A DNA stretch of 64,000 nt from Alphaproteobacteria bacterium (GTDB lineage Bacteria > Pseudomonadota > Alphaproteobacteria > UBA7985): assembly GCA_964228455.1 (NCBI GenBank), contig CAXQZM010000043.1:22633-86632 (forward strand), written 5' to 3'. The notes under the pieces were generated by a model. It searched no databases. It saw nothing but the letters and a program-made list of their open reading frames with translations, and was not told the DNA's origin. The first letter of the stretch is position 1; the number at the start of each line of letters is the position of its first letter. Positions 18,784 to 29,040 of this stretch are shown here, in pieces. Made by a program: the position numbers and the translations under genes.

Positions 18784-19731
18784 ATGGATACCTTTTTTGG
18801 CATGCGGCTGTTTGCACAGACTGTGCAATCTGGCTCTTTTTCTGAAGCTGGTCGTACATTAGGAATGGCTCCAAGCTCTGTCTCGCGTCAAATTTCAATG
18901 CTTGAAGACCGCTTGGGGGTGCGTTTGCTCAATCGCTCAACTCGGCAGTTGCACCTGACAGAGGCTGGACAAATTTACTATGACAGGACGACAAACATCT
19001 TGCACGCTGTTGAAGATGCTAATCTCGCGGTAGCTGAGTTAGAATCGAAGCCACGCGGTCTGTTAAGGCTTAATATACCTGTCACGTTTGGTCGCCGGCA
19101 CATTATCCCAGCGCTTGCTGGCTTTATGGACCTGTATCCAGAGGTTGAAATGGATGTGACCATGACAGACGCTATGATCAACGTCATTGAAGATGGGGCG
19201 GATCTAGTTGTTCGGATTGGCGAGCTCAAAGACAGTTCATTAATAGCAAAGAAACTTGCTCCAAATAATCGGGTGGTATGCTGCTCCCCTGAATATTTAA
19301 AAAAGCATGGTGAGCCAAAGGAGCCTAAGGATCTTAAGGATCATCGTTGCCTGACCTATCGCCGCGCGGTTAACCCTGATATGTGGCACTTTGCGGACTC
19401 GTCAGGAAATGTGGAGCATGTAAAAATTAATGCCGCATTCCACGTTAATAACGGTGAGGCGTTGTTGCCGCTAGCCCGAGAAAGCCAGGGCCTCATTCTA
19501 CTCCCAACTTACGTTGTAGGAAATGATTTGCGCCGAGGTTCGTTGGTTCCAGTATTAGAAGATTATCAGGCGAGCCCAATAAGCATTGATACTGGGATTT
19601 ATGCACTTTATCCGTCAAACAGGCATATGTCGCCGAAGGTGCGAGCATTCGTGGATTATATCAAGAGTCACTTTGGAACGCCACCATACTGGGATAACCT
19701 GAGCCCCGCAGCGGAAATTCCGGAAGTTTAG
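18784..19731 (+). CDS. LysR family transcriptional regulator
   Basis: N-terminal HTH (FSEAGRTLGMAPSSVSRQISMLEDRLGVRLLNRSTR) and a C-terminal LysR substrate-binding domain. Start moved to the ATG at 18784. Confidence 0.8.
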   Translation: MDTFFGMRLFAQTVQSGSFSEAGRTLGMAPSSVSRQISMLEDRLGVRLLNRSTRQLHLTEAGQIYYDRTTNILHAVEDANLAVAELESKPRGLLRLNIPVTFGRRHIIPALAGFMDLYPEVEMDVTMTDAMINVIEDGADLVVRIGELKDSSLIAKKLAPNNRVVCCSPEYLKKHGEPKEPKDLKDHRCLTYRRAVNPDMWHFADSSGNVEHVKINAAFHVNNGEALLPLARESQGLILLPTYVVGNDLRRGSLVPVLEDYQASPISIDTGIYALYPSNRHMSPKVRAFVDYIKSHFGTPPYWDNLSPAAEIPEV

Positions 19732-20310
19732 GTGAAAAAAAAAGAAGGGCAGGCCTGGCAGCGAATGCTTTCAGGACGTCGCCTTAATCTACTAGACCCA
19801 AGTCCACTAGATATTGAGATTGATGATATTGCCCAGGGCCTATCTAAAGTGGCACGTTGGAATGGCCAAACCACTGGTGAGCATGCTTTTTCCGTAGCAC
19901 AACACTCATTACTTGTTCTTGCCCTTCTAGACTTTGAATCTGGGCCCTACCCTATTTCTATTCGTTTAGGCGCGCTGCTGCATGATGCCGCTGAATATGT
20001 AATTGGAGATCTAATTAGTCCATTTAAAAGAGCCATTAATCTTGAGTATAAAACATTTGAAAATGAGATTTTGGGCGCCATTCGACAGAGGTTTGGGCTG
20101 TCGGCAAGGATGTCTACACTGGAAGAGAGGGCAATAAAACGCGCAGACAGCCAGGCGGCGTATTTAGAAGCAACACAACTTGCCGGCTTCTCGAGCAATG
20201 AAGCCGGTCAGCTATTTGAAAAACCATCAGAGTTAAAAAACTTAACGCCAGTATCTGCCCCTCTGGCAAAGCTAGAGTTTCTAGAAACCTTCAGGAAGTT
20301 AGTAGAATAA
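19732..20310 (+). CDS. HD-domain phosphohydrolase (YfbR-like)
   Basis: H...HD...D arrangement (AQHSLLV; LLHDAAEYVIGDL). GTG start at 19732; alternative ATG at 19765. Confidence 0.55.
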   Translation: MKKKEGQAWQRMLSGRRLNLLDPSPLDIEIDDIAQGLSKVARWNGQTTGEHAFSVAQHSLLVLALLDFESGPYPISIRLGALLHDAAEYVIGDLISPFKRAINLEYKTFENEILGAIRQRFGLSARMSTLEERAIKRADSQAAYLEATQLAGFSSNEAGQLFEKPSELKNLTPVSAPLAKLEFLETFRKLVE

Positions 20311-20344
20311 GATAGCGTCTCCATTCAAATATTTCGGAGAGAAT

Positions 20345-20420
20345 TGGTGGAGCATAGCGGGATCGAACCGCTGACCTCTTCGCTGCCAGCGAAGCGCTCT
20401 CCCAGCTGAGCTAATGCCCC
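20345..20420 (-). tRNA. tRNA-Ala (anticodon GGC)
   Basis: 76-nt cloverleaf folded by hand: GGGGCAUUAGCUCAGCUGGGAGAGCGCUUCGCUGGCAGCGAAGAGGUCAGCGGUUCGAUCCCGCUAUGCUCCACCA. Acceptor stem has a G3:U70 pair (Ala identity), anticodon loop CUGGCAG, T-loop TTCGATC, encoded CCA. Confidence 0.85.
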
Positions 20421-20523
20421 CACCAGAACTCGAGCGCTTTAAAGTGAGTCTGTGGGTTAGATCAAGGATATTTGCTGAGGATCCTTAAACCTCTTCGTAA
20501 CCGTTTAACGAAGCCCACAAAAA

Positions 20524-20937
20524 CTAAGTGGCAAACACCTGCGTCATATCTTTAAAGGTCTTAAATTCCAGCGCGTTTCCACTAGGATCTGTTATGAAGA
20601 AGGTTCCTTGCTCCCCTGCTTCACCTTCAAATCTTAGATAAGGTTCGATAATGAAGTTGGCGTCGGCAGCTATTAGTTTATCAGCAACGGCCCTCCATTC
20701 GTCCCATCCCAATATAATGCCAAAGTGGCGAGTAGGGACTGTTTTGCCATCGACAGTATTGCCGCTTGCTAAACCTGTTTCTTCCGGTTTGACGTGAGCG
20801 CTTATTTGATGCCCATAAAAGTTTAAGTCGATCCATTTTTCGGCTTCTCTGCCCACATGGCAACCAAGAAGGTCAACATAGAATGTGCGCGTCTCTTCTA
20901 TATCATTAACAGCGAACGCGAGGTGAAAAGAGTACAT
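20524..20937 (-). CDS. VOC (glyoxalase/bleomycin-resistance/dioxygenase) family protein
   Basis: 137 aa with a single beta-alpha-beta-beta-beta module pair and a conserved His/Glu pattern (HLAFAV...E). Confidence 0.55.
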   Translation of the reverse strand: MYSFHLAFAVNDIEETRTFYVDLLGCHVGREAEKWIDLNFYGHQISAHVKPEETGLASGNTVDGKTVPTRHFGIILGWDEWRAVADKLIAADANFIIEPYLRFEGEAGEQGTFFITDPSGNALEFKTFKDMTQVFAT

Positions 20938-20940
20938 GGC

Positions 20941-22329
20941 TTATTCTGCCGTCGCTATGCGCAGGATATTGGTTGATCCAGCTGTGCCAAAAGGCATGCC
21001 AGCTGTTATTACTAAAGGTGTTCCAGTTTTGATCTTCATCTCTTTGGCTAAGCCAACCGCAGTATCTACCACGTCTTTCCATGCGGCCAATGCTGGCGCT
21101 TTTCGGCAGTCAAGGCCCCAAGCCAGCTGCATTTGGCGTAAGGTTTGCATGTTGTCTGCAGCGCAGACAACGGGCGTATTAGGCCTGGTTTGAGCAACGG
21201 CTAGTGCCGTAGACCCGCTCGTTGTGAAGCAAAAAATAACTGGAGCTTTTAACGAATTTGCAGCTTGAGCAGCTGAGTTTGCAATGGTTTCAGAAATACT
21301 TGCGTTTGCGCTGATGCTAGCAGGCCTACTTCTTTGCGTACTTTCAGATTGCTCAATTACAGAGGCCATAAGTTGAACAGCCTCTCGAGGATAAGCCCCT
21401 ACTGCGGTTTCAGCTGAGAGCATTAATGCGTCGGCGCCGTCTTTAACTGCGTTAGCAACATCGGATGCCTCAGCGCGTGTTGGTGCAGGGCTTAATACCA
21501 TTGATTCCAGCATTTGTGCAGAAATAACCACTGGCTTGCCAGCTTTACGAGAGTCTCTGACCAATCTTTTTTGCCATTCTGGGATTTCCTCAGGAGGCAA
21601 ATCATAGCCCAGGTCCCCTCGCGCAATTACCAAGCCATCTGACTGTGTTATAGCCTCTATAGATGACTCCAGTGCAGCTCGAGTTTCTATCCTTGCTAGC
21701 AGTTTCATGGGCCCTGCAAGGGAGCGGATCAGCGTCCATTTTTTTATGTCGTCAGGCCAAGAAACACTTAACCAATCAATCCCAGCTCCAAGCGACCAGT
21801 TTATTTGGCTTTTGTCCTGGTCACTCAAAGTTTTTTTCAGAGGAGCAATCTTTGGGAGCGAAATAATCTTATGGCTAGATAATTCTGAGCCTGCGACCAC
21901 CGTACAATTAATTGAAACAGGGCTTATCTTTGTCACTCGAAGCATCACTCGCCCATCATCAAGACGAAGGAGGTCGCCAATGCTTGAAGATGTAAATGCT
22001 GCGGGCACAGGAAGATGAACCCGGTTTTCATCTCCTGGTGTTTCATCTTGGTCTAAACGAAATGTCTGGCCAGCTTCAAGTTGGACAGATCCGTTTAAGA
22101 ATTCACCTATGCGAAAGCGCGTTCCTGAAATGTCAGCAATTAACGCGATCGGCTTTCCAATAGCCGCTTCGACCGCTCGAACGTTAGAAACTAGAGCTTT
22201 ATGGGACGAGGTATCGTCGTATGAAAGATTGATGCGAAATGCATTGGCCCCCTCTTTGACCAAATCAGAGATAGCCGACTGAGTGGCAGATTTAGGACCT
22301 AAGGTTGCAATAATTTTTGTCGCTCGCAT
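20941..22329 (-). CDS. pyk: pyruvate kinase
   Basis: N-terminal MRATKIIATLGP, then MLSAETAVGAYP and the barrel and C-terminal domains. Confidence 0.9.
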   Translation of the reverse strand: MRATKIIATLGPKSATQSAISDLVKEGANAFRINLSYDDTSSHKALVSNVRAVEAAIGKPIALIADISGTRFRIGEFLNGSVQLEAGQTFRLDQDETPGDENRVHLPVPAAFTSSSIGDLLRLDDGRVMLRVTKISPVSINCTVVAGSELSSHKIISLPKIAPLKKTLSDQDKSQINWSLGAGIDWLSVSWPDDIKKWTLIRSLAGPMKLLARIETRAALESSIEAITQSDGLVIARGDLGYDLPPEEIPEWQKRLVRDSRKAGKPVVISAQMLESMVLSPAPTRAEASDVANAVKDGADALMLSAETAVGAYPREAVQLMASVIEQSESTQRSRPASISANASISETIANSAAQAANSLKAPVIFCFTTSGSTALAVAQTRPNTPVVCAADNMQTLRQMQLAWGLDCRKAPALAAWKDVVDTAVGLAKEMKIKTGTPLVITAGMPFGTAGSTNILRIATAE

Positions 22330-22597
22330 GGCGTCCCTATAATTAGATGTTGCTTTGTCGCCTAGGTCTTTTCACAATTGAAAACGCAAAGGCTTTCTTC
22401 ATGATTGACGCATGATCACTGCTAGAGTTTTCTGCCGAAAACGAAACAGAAAAGATTTAAAGGAGAGTTAAGAAGCGCATCTGGGATTGGAATATAAGCT
22501 ACTCGGCCTTGTTTTAAGTAAATCTCTATGCGACCTAGATTAAGCAAGTAGATTAGAATTAAAGCACTTGCCCCACTTCTGACGTAAGAGATGATAA

Positions 22598-23269
22598 ATG
22601 TCATATGAAGCAATTCCACTGCCAAATAAGGTGCAGCTAGACCCTACCGAATCACTTTTCGCTTCCCGGCAGTTTCTGGACTTCATGAAACGACGTCACT
22701 CGGTCAGAGACTATTCAAAAAGACCCGTTTCTGAGGAGATTATCAAAAACGCAATCGCAACAGCAGGTCGAGCGCCTTCTGGAGCTAATCAGCAGCCTTG
22801 GCATTTTGCAGCGATAAAAGATCAGCATATGAAATCTGAAATAAGAGATGCTGCAGAGCAAGAGGAAGAGGCGTTTTATGCTGGTGGTGGCGGTGATGCA
22901 TGGATCAGAGCTCTGGAGCCGATTGGAACAGGAGTGAGCAAACCCCACCTAACAAATGCGCCTTGGTTGATTGTTGTATTCGCGCAGCGATATGGTTTTG
23001 ATCAACAAGGAAAGAAGTACAAGCACTATTACGTTTCGGAGAGCGTAGGAATTGCTACGGGAATGCTTGTTACGGCGCTGCATCACGCGGGACTAGTTTG
23101 CTTGACACACACGCCCAATCCAATGAAGTTTCTTAATCAGCTGTGCGAGCGTCCAATAAATGAAAAACCTTTGATGATTATACCAGTGGGATATCCGGCA
23201 CAGACAGCGACCATCCCGAAAGCGGCAAGTCTGAAAAAACCACTTAGTGATATCCTATCAATTTTCTAA
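22598..23269 (+). CDS. nitroreductase family protein
   Basis: RHSVRDY...QPWHF FMN-binding motif. Confidence 0.75.
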   Translation: MSYEAIPLPNKVQLDPTESLFASRQFLDFMKRRHSVRDYSKRPVSEEIIKNAIATAGRAPSGANQQPWHFAAIKDQHMKSEIRDAAEQEEEAFYAGGGGDAWIRALEPIGTGVSKPHLTNAPWLIVVFAQRYGFDQQGKKYKHYYVSESVGIATGMLVTALHHAGLVCLTHTPNPMKFLNQLCERPINEKPLMIIPVGYPAQTATIPKAASLKKPLSDILSIF

Positions 23270-23289
23270 ATAGGGTAGAGGCTGCTCAA

Positions 23290-24228
23290 ATGTCATTAGC
23301 AATAAGCCAGCACCGCCTGATTCGAGTACTAGCGTTTTCCACCGTAATGATAGCAATCGCGTATTTGATTAATAACTTTTTGATTTTTGGCTTCGGTTTC
23401 CCTGGCGTGTTTGAGGGAGGGAGGTTAGCGATCTTGACTTATGCCATTGGACTTGCGGTTGCGGTGGGCCTCACGCTAGGACGCCGCGCCAAAGACTCAC
23501 TGGAAGTTACATCTAGAGAGCTTACCCAGTGTAACCAGTTCATGATTCGAGGATGTTTTTGGGCAATACTTCTGGTTGGTATGGTGGACGCAGCAATCTC
23601 ATTTCTTTATGTAGAGGGATGGCTACCCCAAATTTTGGGAACTAACTTGGCTGACAAACTTGGGAGTCAAGATTTCAGGGGAGCATACCTCCACTTGCCT
23701 GTTTTAATTCTCGGCTTTTTGTTTGCCACCATAAGCCGAGGGCTTGGATTTATCTGGTTAGTGTTGCTTGTTTTTCTTGCAGAACTTCTGATCGTAATTG
23801 GGGGAACCGTGTATTCTTATGAGCAAACGTTTCTCTCTGACTTAGTGCGTCTTTGGTATGCGGCGTTATTTATTTTTGGAGCAGCTAACGCGCTAGTGAC
23901 TGAGGGCCATGTGCGCGTTGATGTCTTGTTCAGTAAGTTATCCCACGAGAAAAAATCGCTTGTTAATTTATGGGGCAGCATATTGTTAGGGATGCCATTT
24001 GCGTGGGCAATTCTTTTAGCCGGCACATGGACAAGGGGACGTGTGGTGAACGCTCCAATCCTGAATTTTGAGATTGGCCAGGAGGGAGGCAGCGGTCTTT
24101 ACATTAAATACTTGATGGCTGGTTTCTTACTGGTCTTGGCGTTGTCCCTGATTTTACAGTTTGGGGCCCTGATATTAAGTTCAGCTAATAGTCACTATCT
24201 TAGGGCGCGCGAGGAAATCGTAAAATGA
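23290..24228 (+). CDS. TRAP transporter small permease (DctQ-like) with N-terminal extension
   Basis: The C-terminal ~150 aa has the four-TM DctQ pattern with a conserved HVRVDVLFSKLS block. About 150 extra N-terminal residues add ~4 TM helices. ATGA overlap with the downstream DctM. Confidence 0.5.
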   Translation: MSLAISQHRLIRVLAFSTVMIAIAYLINNFLIFGFGFPGVFEGGRLAILTYAIGLAVAVGLTLGRRAKDSLEVTSRELTQCNQFMIRGCFWAILLVGMVDAAISFLYVEGWLPQILGTNLADKLGSQDFRGAYLHLPVLILGFLFATISRGLGFIWLVLLVFLAELLIVIGGTVYSYEQTFLSDLVRLWYAALFIFGAANALVTEGHVRVDVLFSKLSHEKKSLVNLWGSILLGMPFAWAILLAGTWTRGRVVNAPILNFEIGQEGGSGLYIKYLMAGFLLVLALSLILQFGALILSSANSHYLRAREEIVK

Positions 24229-26819
24229 TTGAACCTTCTTTTGCGTTTCTTGCAGTTCTCGTTCTGCTGATGACCGGCGCGCTTGTTTTGGGGTTTCCAG
24301 TAGCGTTCGCTCTGCCTGGCTCCGCTATTTTAACCATAAGCTTGGCTTCATTAGCTGGGCACCTGATCGTAGGGGACGCCTCCGCGTATTTTGCACTAAA
24401 AAGCGATAGTTTTTTGACAGTACTCTCAACAGGGGTTACAAATTTTCGAGCAGTTTACTGGGAGCCCGGCCGAGACACATTAATAGCAATACCATTGTTC
24501 ATATTTATGGGTATTTTGCTGCAGCGCTCTAAGGTTGCAGAAGACTTATTGGTTACTATGGCTCAGCTTTTCGGCCCAATTCCAGGAGGTCTGGGGATTT
24601 CTGTTGTACTAGTTGGCGGGCTCTTGGCTGCAACCACAGGAATTGTTGGTGCAACGGTAATTACAATGGGGTTGATTTCATTACCCATCATGATGAGGAG
24701 CAAATACAGCACTTCACTAGCTGCTGGTACAATCTGCGCATCTGGAACTCTTGGCCAAATCATTCCGCCTTCCATCGTACTAATTATTTTAGCAGATCAA
24801 CTCGCATCAGCGGCAGACGTTGCTCAGTCAATTCGGCAGATAAATTGGGCGTCTGCAAATGATTCCCTTGGCTTTAATATGCCATCACATCTTGGCGTGA
24901 AAACTGCAAGCGCGGGCGATATTTTTCTTGGTGCGTTAATTCCTGGCGCGCTGATTTTGGTGCCACTCTATATAGTCTATATTTTGTCGCTTGCTTTGCT
25001 AAGGCCAGGAATGGCGCCAGCAATTAAGTTTGAGGGACGCCGAAAAGAATTTTACCGTGAGGTTTTCCGCTCCTTAATTCCCCCAATTCTATTAATTGGT
25101 TTGGTTTTGGGGTCCATCATAGCGGGCTATGCAACAGTAAATCAGGCAGGGGCCATTGGGGCGTCAGGTGCAATTCTGATGGCAGGCTATCAACTGATGG
25201 GCGCTAATCGCCTTCAGCATTATGCGCCCGTTACTTTAGCAATCACAGCCCTGCTCAGTATAATGATCCTAAAATCCAGCTTTGATCTAAACATCCGTAA
25301 TCCAAATAAAACGACATCTGACGTCATGGCGCTGATCATGGCTACAGGGTTTGTCCTTTCCTTACTCTTAGCTTTGGGCTGGTCTCTTTATCGCATATAC
25401 ATGAAGGACAACATATTGCGCGAGGTGTTAACTGAGGCAGCAAAAACAACATCGATGGTGTTCATTATTTTGTTAGGTGCTGTAATGCTTACCGTGGCAT
25501 TTCGGGCGTTTGGGGGAGACGCTCTACTGAGGGAGGCTCTAAGCTCAATGCCTGGGGGCTTTTTGGCAAAGTTTCTAGTCGTTATGCTTGTCATGTTTGT
25601 CTTGGGTTTTTTCCTAGACTTCATAGAAATATCAGTTGTGGTGGTTCCGATTACTGCACCAATTCTATTGGCCGATCCCGCTGCCAATATTTCTGTGATT
25701 TGGCTTGGTGTCATGATTGCCATGAATATTCAAACGTCATTTCTCACCCCACCATTTGGATTTGCACTGTTTTATTTAAGGGGGGTCGCGCCAGTAAACG
25801 TTGGCACGCTTGAGATTTACCGTGGCGTAGCAATGTTTATAGTTTTGCAGTTAGCCGCGTTGACTATTGTTGGTGCCAATGAGCGGCTGGTCAATTTTAT
25901 TCCAGAATATGTGCGACTTATTCGCGATACGGCACCTCCGCCTTCACAGCCCGCAGTCCAGAGATGTCTAGAGCCCCTTATGTTCTCAGATGCATTAGAG
26001 CGCGAAGATCTAGCTCGAACTGCAGCGCTCACACTAGGCCAAATCAACTTTGCTGACACCCCGCCTCAGGCTAGAAATATAATTATGAGTTCGATCGAAA
26101 GTGTCAGTAGTTCATACGAACAAATACATTTAATTCAGAACGCTACAGCGGCAGCAAATAGGTTTGAGAGTCAAGAATGGCTTATCGATGGTAAAGAGTG
26201 GTCTTATTCTTCACTTCACAAGCACGTCAGGAAACTGGATGGTAAGGCTCAGGTTCATGGTCTGGATCCTCAACTGGCAAATAGATGGGAGAATATTATT
26301 TTTCAGGCTCAAGTTTTGCGAGCGGATGCAGAGCGAGAAAGGCAGGAATTTAGGGCTTCTGAGGCGGCATATTCTGACGTTACAGAATTATACTATGATT
26401 ATGGGCGTGTTGATGCCCTTTCAGCAGTTCAAAGAAATTTGTTAGATCTTGAGCGTCTTCTAACCTCTTCAAGTTCTGCCATTATTGGAGAACTCTCCTC
26501 TATAGAGAAAGACCTAAGGTCTATAGGCGGGGTGTCTAATGTAACGGTGCTCTTTTCCAGATTTTACGACTCTCTGGATCTTGGAATTGTAGATCACTCT
26601 TTGGTCTATGAGAGGTATCAGAGCATTGTGGAGGCGCTCTCAGCCGAAATAGAGTGGCGTCAGCTGGGCCAAATAGAAATTGTTCCTGCCCTAAAGAATT
26701 TTTTGGATGAAGTCCGGAAAGGTGTAGCTCTACGAACCCTGGATAACATTCCAGCTAGATATCGTGGTCGACTAGCTTGGTGCCTATCCAGCCATGAAGA
26801 TATTTCCCTTCGCTTCTAA
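24225..26819 (+). CDS. TRAP transporter large permease (DctM-like) fused to a ~320-aa C-terminal soluble domain
   Basis: N-terminal ~545 aa is a DctM-type polytopic permease. The C-terminal ~320 aa (from TAPPPSQPAVQ on) is hydrophilic, helix-rich and has no motif I recognise. Confidence 0.7.
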   Translation: MIEPSFAFLAVLVLLMTGALVLGFPVAFALPGSAILTISLASLAGHLIVGDASAYFALKSDSFLTVLSTGVTNFRAVYWEPGRDTLIAIPLFIFMGILLQRSKVAEDLLVTMAQLFGPIPGGLGISVVLVGGLLAATTGIVGATVITMGLISLPIMMRSKYSTSLAAGTICASGTLGQIIPPSIVLIILADQLASAADVAQSIRQINWASANDSLGFNMPSHLGVKTASAGDIFLGALIPGALILVPLYIVYILSLALLRPGMAPAIKFEGRRKEFYREVFRSLIPPILLIGLVLGSIIAGYATVNQAGAIGASGAILMAGYQLMGANRLQHYAPVTLAITALLSIMILKSSFDLNIRNPNKTTSDVMALIMATGFVLSLLLALGWSLYRIYMKDNILREVLTEAAKTTSMVFIILLGAVMLTVAFRAFGGDALLREALSSMPGGFLAKFLVVMLVMFVLGFFLDFIEISVVVVPITAPILLADPAANISVIWLGVMIAMNIQTSFLTPPFGFALFYLRGVAPVNVGTLEIYRGVAMFIVLQLAALTIVGANERLVNFIPEYVRLIRDTAPPPSQPAVQRCLEPLMFSDALEREDLARTAALTLGQINFADTPPQARNIIMSSIESVSSSYEQIHLIQNATAAANRFESQEWLIDGKEWSYSSLHKHVRKLDGKAQVHGLDPQLANRWENIIFQAQVLRADAERERQEFRASEAAYSDVTELYYDYGRVDALSAVQRNLLDLERLLTSSSSAIIGELSSIEKDLRSIGGVSNVTVLFSRFYDSLDLGIVDHSLVYERYQSIVEALSAEIEWRQLGQIEIVPALKNFLDEVRKGVALRTLDNIPARYRGRLAWCLSSHEDISLRF

Positions 26820-26843
26820 GTAGATGCCCCCTAAAGGGCGGTC

Positions 26844-28175
26844 ATGAACAAACTTTTTCTTGTGACCGAACCTGGTGGCATGCCCCCCGAGGTTGTCGCT
26901 CAGCTATCGGCAAATAGTTTTGATGGGCTGCAAGGCCAGACGCAGCGCCTAACCCAAACCGATGGGAGTACACATTTGTATGTTGGTATTGCGGGGGAAG
27001 ACTTTGATTTTTGGACTGGTGCAATCGCCTGCAAGGCAGCGCATGGATTAGATAATCTGGAGTTGCAGAATCCTCAAATTTTAACTGAGAGCCGGGCGCA
27101 GGATTTTGTTCTATCCTGGCTTCTTGAATCTTATCGTTTTGAAACATTTAAGCCTTCGAAGAAACCGGCTATTCTTCATGGACTTACCGCAAGCGAACGG
27201 ACAGCTGCATTGGTTGAGGGCATTTATTTAACGCGTTCGTTAATTAATACGCCCGCGAACTTCATGAATCCAAAAGCACTTCAAAATACAGTTGAAGAGC
27301 TCGGGTCTCAGTATGGTGCGGTAATTTCTGTAGTGGAGGGCGAGGAGCTCAAAAAGGGGTTTCCACTAATCGACTGTGTAGGTTCTGCAGCGGGTAGGTG
27401 CGAAATGGCTCCTCGTTTAATAGAAATGAGTTGGGGCAAATCAGGATTAGCGCTGACGATTGTAGGCAAGGGAATTACTTATGATACTGGTGGGCTTAAT
27501 CTTAAGCCCGGTAGCTCTATGCGACTTATGAAGAAGGATATGGGGGGGGCTGCACATGCTCTCGGTTTGGCAAAAGTAATTATGCAGTTAGATTTGCCGA
27601 TCAGGTTGAGAGTATTAATACCAGCGGCAGAGAATGCCATTGGACCAGGGGCTTTTCGTCCTGGGGATGTTGTGAGGTCAAGATCCGGAGTAACTGTTGA
27701 GATTGACAATACAGATGCAGAGGGTCGTTTAGTTCTTGCTGACGCTCTCACGTACGCATCAGAGGCGAGTCAATCTGCTGATCTAACTTTTACAATGGCG
27801 ACATTAACGGGTGCTGCAAGGGTGGCCGTAGGGCCAAGCATTGTGCCCTATCTGGCCAGTGATAGTGAACTCATGTGGTCATTGCATGAGTTAAGCAAGA
27901 AAAATACTGATCCTATTTGGCCATTGCCATTGTTTGAGCCTTATGAAGCATACTTAGATTCTGATGTGGCGGATTTAGTAAACTCAGGCGGTGGAGGTTT
28001 TGCAGGAGCAATCACCGCTGCGCTGTTTTTGAAGAGGTTCGTCGGTTCTAGCTCCTGGGCTCATTTTGACCTTTATGGCTGGAATCCAGTAGCAAAACCT
28101 GGCCGTCCCAAAGGTGCTGCTGCACAGGGTCTTCTGAGCTTGGTATCCTATCTGGAAAGTTGGTCCAATGTCTGA
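26844..28175 (+). CDS. leucyl aminopeptidase (M17 family)
   Basis: M17 signature NTDAEGRLVLADAL, the ITYDTGG block and a conserved Lys (MKKDMGGAA). Confidence 0.85.
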   Translation: MNKLFLVTEPGGMPPEVVAQLSANSFDGLQGQTQRLTQTDGSTHLYVGIAGEDFDFWTGAIACKAAHGLDNLELQNPQILTESRAQDFVLSWLLESYRFETFKPSKKPAILHGLTASERTAALVEGIYLTRSLINTPANFMNPKALQNTVEELGSQYGAVISVVEGEELKKGFPLIDCVGSAAGRCEMAPRLIEMSWGKSGLALTIVGKGITYDTGGLNLKPGSSMRLMKKDMGGAAHALGLAKVIMQLDLPIRLRVLIPAAENAIGPGAFRPGDVVRSRSGVTVEIDNTDAEGRLVLADALTYASEASQSADLTFTMATLTGAARVAVGPSIVPYLASDSELMWSLHELSKKNTDPIWPLPLFEPYEAYLDSDVADLVNSGGGGFAGAITAALFLKRFVGSSSWAHFDLYGWNPVAKPGRPKGAAAQGLLSLVSYLESWSNV

Positions 28176-29040
28176 CATTAAGCCTCAGCGACTTGCTAAA
28201 TGGATTGCTCAATCAGGACTCTGTTCTCGGCGCGTCGCCGAGGATTGGATACTTGGCGGTCGGGTTCATGTAGATGGCAAGCCAACATTAGAGCCAGCTC
28301 AAAACATTGATCACCCCAACCGCATTATGGTTGATGGAGCGCAGCTGCCGGATCCACAGGGTATTAAATTGTTTAGGCTTCATAAACCAAGAGGGCTTCT
28401 TGTTGCTGAGCGAGATCCAGAAGGTAGGCCAACAGTTTTTGATGCACTACCTAAATCCCTTCCTCGACTGCATGCTGTTGGACGGCTCGACTTAAATTCG
28501 GAAGGTTTACTGCTTCTAACTACAGATGGGGCGTTTAAGCGAAGACTTGAGCTACCAGAGACAGGCCTCCCGCGAACTTATCGTGTTAGAGCTTTTGGGC
28601 GAATCGGTCCGCGTGATATTGAAAAAATGGCGCACGGGATGGTTATTGATGGGATGGTCTATGAACCAATTCACGCGAAGGTAGAACCTCGTCCGGGGAA
28701 GGAAGATGTTCCGGCCTATGCTGCTGCCAATCATTGGCTTCGAATGACCTTGCACGAGGGAAAAAATCGTGAAATTAGAAAAGTTTTAGCGCATTTTGGT
28801 CTTCAGGTATCACGGCTGATTCGGACCTCATATGGCCCGATTTCCCTTGGGACTTTGAGACCTGCTGAGCTGAGGGAGGTGGGAAAAAAGGAGCTTTTCA
28901 ATGCTTTTGGTATTGGGCCTGAGCCTCAAAAGGGCTGGGCAAAGCCAAAGCTGCGGCAGGTTAAGCCAGGGCAAAATCGTCGATCTAGTGCAACTCACCG
29001 ATCGAAACCAAGTGTATCCAGGCGAACCCGTGGCAGGTAA
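28168..29040 (+). CDS. rluB: 23S rRNA pseudouridine synthase, RsuA/RluB family
   Basis: N-terminal S4 domain; catalytic Asp motif HAVGRLDLNSEGLLLLTTDG; basic Arg/Lys-rich C-terminal tail. Confidence 0.75.
   Translation: MSDIKPQRLAKWIAQSGLCSRRVAEDWILGGRVHVDGKPTLEPAQNIDHPNRIMVDGAQLPDPQGIKLFRLHKPRGLLVAERDPEGRPTVFDALPKSLPRLHAVGRLDLNSEGLLLLTTDGAFKRRLELPETGLPRTYRVRAFGRIGPRDIEKMAHGMVIDGMVYEPIHAKVEPRPGKEDVPAYAAANHWLRMTLHEGKNREIRKVLAHFGLQVSRLIRTSYGPISLGTLRPAELREVGKKELFNAFGIGPEPQKGWAKPKLRQVKPGQNRRSSATHRSKPSVSRRTRGR

Noticed and set aside
20310-20524. tRNA-Ala locus as a possible genomic-island integration site
   Set aside because: No integrase, recombinase or direct repeat of the tRNA 3' end nearby. 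The flanking genes (HD hydrolase, VOC protein, pyruvate kinase) are housekeeping and there is no obvious compositional shift.
22329-22598. 270-bp gap between pyruvate kinase and nitroreductase examined for sRNA, riboswitch or repeat structure
   Set aside because: AT-rich divergent promoter region with no convincing stem-loops, repeats or conserved riboswitch cores that I can recognise by eye.
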